A stretch of DNA of 64,000 nucleotides from the human T2T-CHM13v2.0 reference genome, Homo sapiens. Shown here piece by piece: positions 15,801 through 27,647 of the stretch. A model generated the notes under the pieces. It searched no databases, was not told where the DNA came from, and worked only from the letters and a program-made list of their open reading frames with translations. The DNA lies in assembly GCF_009914755.1 (NCBI RefSeq), contig NC_060940.1; one strand, given 5' to 3'. The stretch's first letter is position 1. Each line of letters starts with the position of its first letter. Made by a program: the position numbers and the translations under genes.

Positions 15801-16225
15801 CTATGTGGATGATTTTTTTTTTAAAAAAGTATAATCTGGTGTGGCAGTATGAGCCCAACATATAGTGCATCCCTCCTACCGAATGCTAAGCTAAAACTCT
15901 GGGCAGACACACACTCAAGTGCATGCACACCCCACACACAGACAGACAGACACACACACACATTTGAAAAATGTGAAGAGCAAACCAAAGCAGTTGGGTA
16001 GGTGGATTGAAGAGAGTCAAAACTTGGAGAGGTGATTTCACTGAGAAGAGTTTCCTACATTAGGTTATTTTTTTCTTCTTAGGCTTTGCCTTGGGACTGG
16101 GTTCTAGTCATACTGCAGGGGGTTGGCCAGGCAGGTAGCTAAGAGTCCCGTTGAATTTCCAACCTTCTGGCCAGAGAAACCAGGAAAAGGGACCCCTATG
16201 GGGAAATTTTGAAAAAGAGTTCGTT

Positions 16226-16259
16226 GGGGTTGGTGGTGGTTGTGGTGGTGGTGGTGGTG
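16226..16259. repeat. (GGT)n microsatellite
   Basis: ggttggtggtggttgtggtggtggtggtggtg. Confidence 0.85.
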
Positions 16260-16704
16260 ATTCTCTCCTCAGCTAGTATAAATAGTTTGGTACATAATAG
16301 GTGCTCAATAAATACTTGTTGACTAAATGAATTAAATTTTTGAGAAAAAAATCCACCTTGGAGATTGACACACTATCTTCCAGGTAGACCAATGCAGCCT
16401 TCTTTCCAGTACAGGACAAGTTCTGTTTCTCCACTGGACACCAGAGGAAGTAGTTTGCATTTAGGAGGGTTTCATCTGAAAAATAGGGAAACTCCTATGT
16501 TTACACACTAGAGTCCTCTTCAGTGCAATGAGCATTCACAGTATGAGAGGCTGAGGAACTGAAAACAGGTGAAGAGACAGCTGAATTCTCTTTCTCTCTG
16601 TGTATTGATTCTGGAGCATTTGCGTAGTGAGTGGAATTTTAGGTGGGTTTTTTTTTTTTTTTTACAATCACATAATTCATTCCTCTGACTCTTTGTCCCT
16701 CCTC

Positions 16705-17033
16705 TTTTCTTTTCTTTTTTCTTTTCTTTTCCTTTTGCTTTTCTTTTCTTGAGACGGCATCTCGCTCTGTTGCCCAGGCTGGAGTGCATTGGTGTGATCT
16801 CGGCTCACTGCAACATCCGCCTGCTGGATTCAAGCAATTCCCTGCCTCAGCCTCCCGATTAGCAGGAATTACAGGTGCCTGCCACCACAGCCACCCAGCT
16901 AATTTTTGTATTTTTAGTAGAGACGGGGTTTCACCATCTTGGACAGGCTGGTCTTGACTCCCTGACCTCGTGATCCACCCACCTTGGCCTCCCAAAGTGC
17001 TGGGATTACAGACATGAGCCACCGCGCCCAGCC
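16705..17033 (-). mobile_element. AluSg-like
   Basis: ctgacctcgtgatcc diagnostic; TSD-like CCTCTTTT. Confidence 0.92.
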
Positions 17034-17226
17034 CCTCTTTTTCTTTTTATCTCTTTCTCTTCCTTCATTCCCCGGGTATGTAGTTAAGGCCATGGTTGTG
17101 AAGTATCCGCATGATGCATCTCCACTATACACCGTGCTTGTGGCAATGGAGGAGGCAAAGGACCCCAGAGGAAGGACCCTTAGGTGGAAAAGCCAACTCT
17201 GTCCATGCCCCACCTGTAAATGTTTG

Positions 17227-17642
17227 TGTTGCAGAACTTTCCCCTTAGTTCAGCTAAAACTGAGTTCTTGTCAAACAACCAGGAAAGACTGGGCTCACAG
17301 CCACATAAAAGGGTGAGAAACAGAAGTTATTGGACAAAAAGGAATAATAACTCTCAGCAAAGCGAGAAAGGGTCCTGCTTGCAGGTCTCCCGCCTCATAG
17401 ATTGAATCCCAGGTTACCACAGAAACAAGAGAGGCCAGGCTCCTCCCCACTGCAAAGGGCACAAACTTCCTTAGGCTCCACCCCATCCTCCCAGTGCACA
17501 GGTGGGCATTATATAGAAAGAGTTGGTCGGGAAAGGGTGGGCTTCATCCAGGACCAGCAGTCCAGTTTTTCAGCCTTCAGGCTATTTTAGGCTCGAAGGC
17601 AGGGTTTTGCTGGGGACCCTTGGCTGTCTCTTGTCTGTATCA
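17227..17642 (-). mobile_element. ERV1 solo LTR (MER48-like)
   Basis: tgttgcagaactttccccttagttcagctaaa...gaatcccaggtt...ggccaggctcctccccactgcaaa...tatca; TG/CA ends. Confidence 0.7.
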
Positions 17643-17644
17643 CT

Positions 17645-17990
17645 TAGGCTTTGCAGTTAGAACACATCAGGCCAGTCTCTGCATTTATTTGCCTTATCAC
17701 AAGCCTAGAGAATGTGTACCCATCCCTAGGAGAGTCCTCAGTAAATGACTGATGGGAGCTGGGATATAAATCCCCCAGCTCCCTTGCCCTTCCGAGTCAC
17801 AGGTTCTGCCCTGCCTCCTGGAATTCTCCAGTGGGAATGTACTTGTTAATGCTTCCCTCATCAGCTCCCTTCCCCTCCCTGCCTCACTTCCTCATTCTCC
17901 TGCCCACATTTCCTGGGATGACCCACCAATAAAGTACTTGCTGTTAAATCCTCAATCTTAGGGTCTGCTCCTGGGGAGCACAGACTAAGA
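17645..17990 (+). mobile_element. ERVL LTR16-like (3' part)
   Basis: aaatgactgatgggagctgggatataaatccccc...aataaagtacttgc...agggtctgctcctgggg...actaaga. Confidence 0.7.
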
Positions 17991-19245
17991 GTATTGAGGT
18001 CCTGGTTGTCCTGATTCTACTATCCAGTGGGCTCATGTACAAAAAGGAAACCAGAAGTCACGAGGATCCCTCAGGTGGCCTACAGTAAAGCAGGGAAAAG
18101 ATGAGGATCATAGCAGGGAATGTGGTCATAAAGAGGGAAGGGATGGATTGCTGGGAAATTTTCCCAGGTGGAATCTGTAGGACTTGGCAACCGCTCGTGA
18201 GTGCAGTATGGTGGGAACCAAAGAAGCCTTTCATACGATGTGAGTGTCTAACCCCTCAACTGCTGAGAAAAGGGATGCAGGAAACCCCATGGCTTTGGAA
18301 GGAGTAAGTGGGAAGGGCCGGATTTTCAGTTAAGTTTAGGATATGTTGAGTTTTAGGTGCCTGTGGATAGTCATGTATCATTTATGGTGACAGTGCCACA
18401 GGGAAGGTATGTGTCAAACCCCTAATAAATACCCACTGAATTGAAAATAATTCTTTTTCCAAGTGCGGGTTTTCTAACAGGGGCCAGCCAGACATTTATG
18501 AGCTCAGGCAGATGAGGAAAGCATGATACCTGGATCACATGTGCTCACATCTGGAATACATGCGCAAATTAACACAGCTGTGGAGGCAGGAGTACATATG
18601 TGTATTAGAAAAACAAGCCCCACCTGTAGAGCGCTGCAAGATGCCTCCAGCTGGTCACAAGTAGCTATTGAACATGAATATTTTATCAGTGCCAGAGCAG
18701 ATAGAGGGAAACTGTATCCATTATATTCTCATCACCATCACATGTGGTTGAACGGGCTTCCGACTAAAGAATCTAAACATGTTTAAAACATTTTTCACCT
18801 CCAGTAAAACTAGCAAGTCTTGATTTGTGTTGTTATTGCTCCTGCTAGATTCGTGAAATATTTCAGAGGCAATTGCATCTTGGAAGTGTGGTTTGGCAAA
18901 TTTTCATCCAAAGCGTATGTTTTTGTTTTATTTTTTAACTAGCGGTTCAAACGTGGGGAAGTTGACATTTTAGAGCAAATGGTAGAATATGTGGGGTTAT
19001 TTTCTGTTGCTGTTTCATTTTTAGGTTCAACTTTTCAAATATAGAGCTGGATTAAGTCTCACTAGTAGCAGAAAACAAAGTCTGTTTAAGTAAATGTGTT
19101 TTCAGGATGGCCCAACTGTACAGAAACTTGCAGATCTCACGTTCTGATCACTCCATCAAGTGCTGCTTCTTTAAAATACTCAAGAGTCACTTACGATGTT
19201 TAATTGGCATGTCTGTCTTTCAAAATGAAAAGCTACAGGGTAGCT

Positions 19246-19792
19246 TGTGTTAACCACACAACAGCTGGTTTTGGTCACTTGGTAGGTGACAATCCAGTGA
19301 CCACAACCAAGGAGGATTTAACAAGGGATTTTATGCCTTGCAATGCGGAAGAGCACTGGGGAAAGTTTCCGAAGGGGTGCCTCCCAGAACACAAATGAAA
19401 ACAGGGCTTTTACTGGGCTGGCGAGCTGAGTCACTGTATGTAGAGGTGTAGTGAAGGCAGCACATGCTCAGTCACCGATCATGCTGCTACATACTTGTAC
19501 ATACTTACTGTCTATACATTACTCACTCATGTATAGGCAGTGGTGAATAAGCTCCTCCCTGGGCCTGGTTAGTAGTATGGTAATACAGATAGATAACCGA
19601 AGTACATTTCCAACTCAGACATCTCTGGATCCAACCAGCTTTTGTTTTGCCAGGGTCGGGCTTCTTTCTGAAATTTTTGAAACAAAAAAAACCAAGGTGT
19701 GACAGTTACAAGGGGCTACTTCTTCACAGTGCATACCCCAAAACCTTGGGACCCTGGAGCATACCCCCAAAACCCTGGGACCTTGGGTTAGA
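19246..19792 (-). mobile_element. Probable ERV1-type solo LTR, subfamily uncertain
   Basis: Starts tgttaacc, ends gggttaga; LTR-like composition. Confidence 0.45.
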
Positions 19793-19886
19793 CTTGGACT
19801 TTTCCTGTTTTCTTGTTACTCAGCAACCACCACAATGCCTGGTCCGTGGAAAATGGTCAATAAATATCTGTTGGCTGGATAAATTA

Positions 19887-20102
<216 letters not shown>

Positions 20103-22339
20103 TAGAAATGGCAAGGAATAAAATTTGCCTTCAATGTGCTTATGGTCTTGGGAGGAGCAGAGTAAAAAAAATCCCTAATTTCTATTGATATAATATCATT
20201 GGATAGAGCCATGATAGAAGAATGTCCCATGTGCAGTGAGAATCTAGAGAGAAAATAAGTGATTGCACTTAAAGTAGAGAGTCAGGGAAGACTTCCTGGG
20301 AGAGGTGACATTTAGACTAAAGCATAAATAATGTTGATTTGTTTGCCAAATGGAGGAAGCAAAGAAGGATCCTGAGTGAAAGCATGATGTGTCTGAGGAT
20401 TTGCAAGTCGATCATGAGGTTGCAGCATACATCACATGGGAGAGAGTTGCTGACTGTTCAGGAGAGCAGATCATGGTATGCTAGGACAATCAGAGTCTCC
20501 ACTAGAGCATATGAAGGGCTTAACATAAGGGAGTGTCATAATTACATTTATGTTTGGTCAGAGCACTCAGGCATTGGATTGGAGAATGGAGTTGAGATGA
20601 GAAGCAGTGAAGCACTTGCTGTAGCCATCATAAAAACCTGGATCATATCAATAGATCATCATAACTTGGCTTCAACAAGAATTCATAAAACCAACTCCTC
20701 TCTATTTCATAGTTTCATCATTTTATGGAATATCAAAAACCTAAAGAGAAAGAGAAATAAAAATAAACTATATGAACTTCTCCCTGATGAAGCATTCAGT
20801 CTTGTTTTCCTGGATCTCATGCATGTTAAATACATATTTAGATCTAAGCCACTATATCAAGGAAGTGAAAAACTCTTATTCCTTAAATATCAATATGTGC
20901 ACAAATTTTCTTATACCCACATAATTTTAGTAAAACTTTGGAGAAAAAAGTTTCCAGAGTTCTAGGGCTTTGTTCCATTTTTGGAAACAGTAATTTTAGA
21001 ACTCTCTGCTTTGCTTTACTTATTCATTTTATCTCCCGCTGGGTTTCCTTCTTGATTTCTATACCTTTGTGTCTGCATTAATTAATTTTTCTTTCATTTA
21101 TTCACACATGCAACCATTGTGTATTTGGTCTATGTATCAGTTAGGGCAGGCTAATTACTCTAGCAAACCAGCAGTTAACAAGAAACCAATCCCGTTGGCA
21201 GGGAACTGCACTGTGTGAAGACATTCAGAGATCCAGGCTCCATCTATCCTAAAGCAAGCAAACAGGATCTGAGAGGGAGACAGAGACAGAGACACAGAAA
21301 GACAGAGAGAAAAAGAGAGAGGAAGTTCTTGGTGATTAGAAATTTGTGTTTCTGTGCGGTATGTGTATACACAGGTGGTATTTTTCTATTTGGAGGGCTT
21401 AATGTGTTTTTAGGTGTTTGTGGGTTAGGAGTTAGAAGAAATAGCCAAAAAGGAGGTGTAATTAACCCTTTATCTCTTTCTCTTGATGGGTAATGTGGTT
21501 ACTTCCTTTTTGTTAGTTTCCCCATAATATTATAGTAAATACCTGAGTGTATTATGTGTGTGTATTTTGATTATTTCTCTGCACTGTGTTCCTAGTAGTT
21601 AAATTACTTAGTCAAAAAGCATGAACACTTTAAAGGCTATCAAACATAGTTACATTGTTTTTCAGGAAAATATCTGTACCTTTTTCTTTAGCATCGAGGT
21701 ATCTATTTACCAGACCTTCGTGAGCACCATGCAGTTTATTTTTTAAAAATATTTCTCAACTTTATAGTCAATATATTTGGCTATTAGGATAATTTCAGGA
21801 TATTTGAGGAGGAACTTTAAGACCGGCTTATAAATTACAGCACTTATAAAGGAGGAAAACATGTGGAACTCATGTCTGGTACACATGATTCTAGGAACTG
21901 GTGGTGTTTGGATGGCAGAAGTTACAAGGAACGCAAAAGCAGGGAGCGTGAGCCAACACCAGATTGACCTCAGGCAGCTGATGCTATCGAATGAAAAAGG
22001 GAGGACTTCCATGCAACTCCAGAAAACAAAACCAAGACACCTGCGGTAGATTCTGGTTTAACAAAAGGGAGAATTTTCTAAAAATTTTCTATAGATTTGG
22101 TTACTTCACAAAGCATTGAGCACCCCAGGATAAAAGAATCCAACTGAGAGTGGCAGCTTTACTCTTATTAGAGAGAAGATTTCTCTATTAAAGACAAAAT
22201 CAAAGCGAAATCACCAACATCTTACTCATTTACTTATTAGACACAATCGTGGAGCAAATACTCTGCACCAGCTACTGTGCTAACTCCGTTACCTGGATTA
22301 CTCAAATTCTTACAATAACTCTATATTTATTTCATAATT

Positions 22340-22920
22340 GCTTTATTTAGTAATATTTTAAGTGCTTTTTAGACACCTGCTCTATGCCTGTCTTGTGCTA
22401 GGCACCAGGGGGCGTAGCAGCAGACCAGGAAAATGTAGAGTCTGCCCTTACGGAGCTGGGAGCCTTGCATGAAAGACTGGCACTGATGACACAGTGGCAC
22501 TGAATGAACGTGTGATCAGAAGCTGAGACAGGGCTCTAGGGGAAAAAGGCAAAGTGCAGCCAATCCTCATAGCAAAAGAGACCGAGGAAGCCTAGAAGTG
22601 GTGCTTGAGTGGAGAGTAGAAGGATGGGTGGGGGGTTAACCAGGCACAAGAGGGGAGGGACGGGAAGGGAAGTCACAAGGTGAGAAGCCCTCAGACAAGC
22701 ACCTGCAATTGGAGGGTGCGTGCAGCTGAGAAGCAGAGCCAGGAGGACAGTGATAGCACTTGAGGTCAGAGTGGTCATCGGGATCCAAGCCTGCTGGATC
22801 TTCCTGGCCTTAGGAAACCCAGAGGCTTCATCCTTTGGCAAGGGGAAGCCTATATACCCCGTAGGCTTAATGACGGGGAGAAGAATGTTTGTAAAAGATC
22901 TCGCTGGCTGCTGAAGAGAG
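22340..22920 (-). mobile_element. L2 remnant
   Basis: acacctgctctatgcctgtcttgtgctaggcac... and an L2-like purine-rich body. Confidence 0.6.
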
Positions 22921-23257
22921 AACATCTGGAGTTAACTCTCCAATTTCAGACTCCCCTGATGAAAACTGTTACTTCTGTTCTCCACTCCCTTATTTGGGCA
23001 AAGCAGTTTATTTTCTACCCGAAGCATATCTACTAATAGAAATGACTGAGATATTCATTACGTTAGGAATGTAATGTAATGATTCTTAGATGGTGATTCA
23101 GATGATTAGTTATTGGACCTTCGATGCATTTTTTATTTTAATTTTGAGATTGGCCGTCCCCAACGCCTCTGATGTATGACTTTCATTACTGGAGATGTTG
23201 TTTCTGATGTTGCTGGCGGTCCCTACTGAAAAGGATGCATGCATGAAGACTCAAGGC

Positions 23258-23303
23258 AACAGTGACTTGCACCCATTTCTAACAATGACTTGCACCCATT
23301 TCT
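23258..23303. repeat. 23-bp tandem duplication
   Basis: AACA(G/A)TGACTTGCACCCATTTCT x2, 1 mismatch. Confidence 0.95.
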
Positions 23304-24069
23304 CCTGTATGGGGGTGCTTGATAAGCACTGAGTGGTGTAATTTACAACAGCTTATTGGCTTGATGCCATCCTATGAATCCACCAACCATCATCTTCTCT
23401 GACCCTTTAAAATGACTTCCCTCACACCCCCTGCCATGAGATGATATGAAGAACTAACAACAGATAATTTCTATATCACCACATTTTATTATCAGCATAA
23501 TTCTATACAGTAAATCTGCAGTGGGTGACTTAGTTTTGCTGATATGTGGCCTCTAGAATATTGGGAAAATAGATACATGGAAATTTAGGAAGCTTGTATC
23601 TTGCCTCTCCAACCTTTTAAATTTGCTGCAGAAAGTTGGATATTTGTTGGGTTTTTCTTCCTTAAGTAGGCAAACTTCAGCCCCAGGAGGCAATGAAGCA
23701 AACTTTAAATGTAGCCCCAGGTACTTCAAAGCTGGCTGAACCATGTGTTTGATTGCATACAAAATGTGAATTGAGTAGCACAGAACTGTCCTCCTAGCAA
23801 CTTTGTAGCACAATGAGATCAGCTGCAAGAACGGAATAAATTGGAGATTGGCTTCTGCAGTTCCATTCATTTGCAAAAATTTGCAGACAATTAAGCTGTC
23901 CCCCTGCAGTATAGGTAGCTCCTTTTAGCCAGGGGCTGGAGATTTGTTCTCTCTGGGAAAATGTTAAAGCTGTGATTATCTAGTTATACCTGAGTAAATG
24001 GATCAAAGGACCTCTCCAGCCAAGCACAGACCTCCTTGAAAAGGTAGTCTCCAGCAGCAACCCTGGGGA

Positions 24070-24285
24070 GGTTTATAGCAAAGTGTTTTTAGAGCAGATG
24101 GTTCTGGAGTTACAGAGGCCAAAGAGCTGAATGACTTGGGATGAGTCTTTTACATCTTTTAACTTCAGGAAAACAGCCATGGTGGTTCTGCCAGCAAGTC
24201 GTTGAATGGATTAAGTGAGATAATCGTACAATATGTTTAGCACTGTGCCTGGCATGTAATAAATACTCAATAAATGGCAGTATTT
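24070..24285 (+). mobile_element. MIR
   Basis: gattaagtgagataat...tttagcactgtgcctggcatgtaataaatactcaataaat. Confidence 0.7.
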
Positions 24286-25469
24286 TCTATGGCAGACTTG
24301 GTGAATCCAGGACTAGGATCCCAGGCAAATCTTAGGGTTATAAAGGTTAGAAGGAACCAGGTTATGTCATCTTGAGTCTAGAATATAAGCTTCAAACTCT
24401 CCAAAGGAATAACCCTCAGGTCCTTGAACTCAAACCCGAAGCATCACATCTTTGCGTGAAGCCTGCAAAGGCTCGCTATTGCCTTGGAAGCAAATCCAGT
24501 CTTCTTACCTTGACTTACAAGACTGTCCATAATTGGGCTGGGCTGACTGCATGAGTCTCACCTTTCACTGTTCTCCCTTAATTCCCTGCCTGCCAGGAAG
24601 ACGTATTTCAGCTTCTGCAATGCTTTGCCTTGCTAAAAATATCTCCTCTTAGCAAACAAGTTTGCCCAGAAGTTATGAAAGTAGGAGAGGGAACAAAGAT
24701 GATAGAGGTTTGTGGTTTGTTTATGAGGTTTTCACTATTTCTCCCTATCACTTTTTCTATTATGCAAAGCCAGGGTCCAGGAGGGCAGAAAGAGGGAATG
24801 AGGACAAATTATCTGGACACTGTTTGTCTGTTTGAATGTCAGCGTATTTAGGAGATCCTCCAACAGGTGGCCAGCCCGGGTCAAGCTGCGTCTGGCCTTG
24901 TGTTCAGGTGTGCAGGAAGTAGGATCATTCCTCTCAAATCTCACCACTTCCTTCAGTTGGCTGTTAGGGAAGGCTTTTATGCCCTTGGCTGGGTGTGACG
25001 GAAAGGGGCAGGGACAGACAAAACTTGGAGTGCGGTCCCAGCTGTAGAATGCCAGTCTGGCAGACATAACAAAAGTGAGCACTTCTTCGCTTTTGGGACA
25101 CCTTCCCCATTTGGTCTTGACATTGAGCACCATGCTTTGGCAGGTGTCAGAGGTTGGCTCCCGGGAAATAGACCACGCAACCGGGGAGGTGTTATCAGCA
25201 TCCATACCTCACGGGGAGGGAGGTCAGGGGGATGGGGCGGGGAAGGAGGCTGATGGAGGAGTTGCTGACTGCAGGTAGCTGGAGGCCTCAGCCTTCCTGG
25301 GCAGCAGGGATACGGGCAGGGATGTCCCCTGAGCATGGTCCCACCTGGAAGCCAGGGGGCTGACCTTGACACACTCCTGACCAGTCAGTGGATGGCGCTG
25401 CAGCCCCTTCTGTTTAGTCTTCACATCAGCAATGAAAGAGGGTGAAGTTCATGGAAATATTGTGGGGAC

Positions 25470-25713
25470 ATATCGCATGGTTTCTTTTCATGAAATGTCC
25501 AGAAAAGACAAACATATACAGCCAGTGGCTGTGGTAAAGTGGGAATGACTGCTAATGGGCATGAGGTTTCATTTAAGGGTGATGGAGATGTTCTAAAATT
25601 ATATGTGGTGAGGATTGCACAACTCTGTAAATTTCCTAACAATCACTGTGTTACACACTTAAAACGGGTGAATTTCATGGTACGTAAATTATACCTCAAT
25701 AATACTTTTAAAA
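25470..25713 (+). mobile_element. L1MB-type 3' end
   Basis: gactgctaatgggcatgaggtttc...acacacttaaaacgggtgaatttcatggtacgtaaattatacctcaataa. Confidence 0.85.
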
Positions 25714-25831
25714 TACTGCAGGCGAGAGGGGCTCCAGCCAGAGAAATTGACTCCAACTCTCCCTTTCCACAAATCAAATGCTCAGATTTGCATTGTGGGA
25801 GGAGCCTGAGTGTTCACTGCAGGACAATGTA

Positions 25832-25910
25832 GGTTCTTCAGGGAGTGCAGACCACTTTCACATGCAGCTTCTCATTTCGTTCTGATAACCTAGAGGACGG
25901 GCAAATCATC
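25832..25910 (+). repeat. 79-bp dispersed direct repeat, copy 1
   Basis: 73/79 identical to 27569-27647. Confidence 0.92.
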
Positions 25911-25999
25911 GTAGGACGATGAGCGCTGAGCTACAGTGAATGTAGCTTGTTATCTTACGACAGACCTGGGAGAAGGAGGAAATCCAACTAATTTATTTA

Positions 26000-26600
26000 C
26001 TTTTATCCCTTTGAGTCTATTCTCCACAAAGCAGCTATGATCTGTTTTATTGCAACTGGACTCCTCAGCTCAAAACCCTTCCAGGGCTCACTGCTCATGC
26101 GGAGTAAAAGCCAGGGCCCTCTCCATGGCCTACGTGCCTCTCCAGGGTCTGACTTCCCTTCACCAGGTCCAGACTGTCTCCTTCACCTCACAGCGCTCAC
26201 CTTGCCCACGCCAGCAGCTGCCACACTGAAGCTCCGCCATGCCCGGTAGGCTTCTGCTGCTGGCAGTGCCTCCTCCTCCTGCCCCCTTGGCCCATTCTTC
26301 CTCCATCTTCCACTGCCATCTCCTCGGTGGACCGCTTCTTGCCTCCCTGTCTAAAACATCAGCACCCTCTCCCCCTGAGCACTTCCAGCCCTCCTCCCTG
26401 CTGATCTTTTTTCTCTTGAGCCATATGTGTTCTCTTTCCCTTTCTGTGGTTTGCCCCCTCTCTCTACAATTGAAGCTTCATGAGGGCACTTGCTTCTTTT
26501 AGGCACTGCACCATCCGAGATGCCTAGAATTATACCTGGCAGAGAGAAAGGGCTTGGTTGATACGTTTTGAAGAAATGAATGAAAGAATGAATGAATGAC
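26000..26600 (+). mobile_element. L2 3' region
   Basis: ctcaaaacccttccaggg...aagcttcatgagggca...ending (GAAT)n. Confidence 0.7.
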
Positions 26601-27568
26601 TTAGTTAATATGAATCTATTCTCTCGCTCCTTCTCACGTTCTTTTTCTCTTCCTGCCTTCCTGTTTCCCTGGGCCTCCACCCTCCCTTCCCACCCTCAAC
26701 CCCTCCCCTGCCCCTCACTGTTTCAGGGGTCTCCCCTTTATTTCTGATATGTGTTCTTTGGGGCGAGTGTTGTGGTGCTTCCAGACAGCGTGATACTTGC
26801 TTCCCCTGAGATTGGGAAACAGGGAGGAAAGCAAATGAGGTTTTAACCTCAAATGCCCTAAGACAGGAAGATGAAGACCTTGCTTAGCTGCATGAAACCG
26901 GAGATCTTTGTGTAGGGATGACAGTCCTCCTCTAATAGAATCCAGCATGCGTGAGGCTCCCTGAAGACACAACACTGCCCCTGTGATGGAAGCAAGGCTG
27001 GATGAGGCTGCAGCAGGCCTCGGATGACCTAGGCTAAAGATGCTGCGGATCACTGTCCGGAGACTGCTGTCGGGGGAATCCCACAAGACACACATGGTCT
27101 GGTGTTGGTGGCGGCCCCAGAACCTCACTCTCCTCTGCACACCTCTGCGTGCCTACGTCTGTTCCTGTGACTGAGGGGATTGTGTTCAGCACACTGGAAG
27201 TGCGAAGACGTGTGGCATATGTCCGTGGGTCTAGGCAGCTGATGCATGTCTGTTGCATGTACATCTGCTCATGAGTGTGTGTGTATGTGTGTCTATCAGA
27301 TGGATTCTGGTGTGTGTGTAAACCCACATGTGCATAAGTGTGTGCATTTGATGTCACAGAGAACATTTGACATCTGCACGCGTCTAGTAAATCTGGAAAG
27401 CTGGAAGGGGCTGCGTGTCTACATGTGTCTGTGTTTCAGATCTGGCCTTAGGCCACCCACAGCCGAATTACTCACTCCTGATACAGACTGAGTGGCTCAC
27501 CCTCATTTTCTCACTTCCTCCGTCCTGGTGTTAATAAGACTCATCCTTCATTTTTCTGCCGTTTCTGC

Positions 27569-27647
27569 GGTTCTTTAGAGAGTGCAGACCACTTTCACAT
27601 GCAGCTTCTCATTTCATTCTCATAACCTAGAGGACGGGCACATTATC
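27569..27647 (+). repeat. 79-bp dispersed direct repeat, copy 2 (continues into MIR core tttacagatgagaaaa)
   Basis: 73/79 identical to 25832-25910. Confidence 0.92.

Noticed and set aside
20339-20965. Longest ORF (208 aa)
   Set aside because: Non-ATG start, partly within L2-like relic sequence, AT-rich, no recognisable domain or splice context; consistent with chance.
24735-25372. Overlapping 156-aa and 131-aa minus-strand ORFs
   Set aside because: No recognisable homology; long ORFs are expected in locally GC-richer DNA.
27050-27070. REST/NRSE-like half-site CTGTCC
   Set aside because: The second half-site does not match at canonical spacing.
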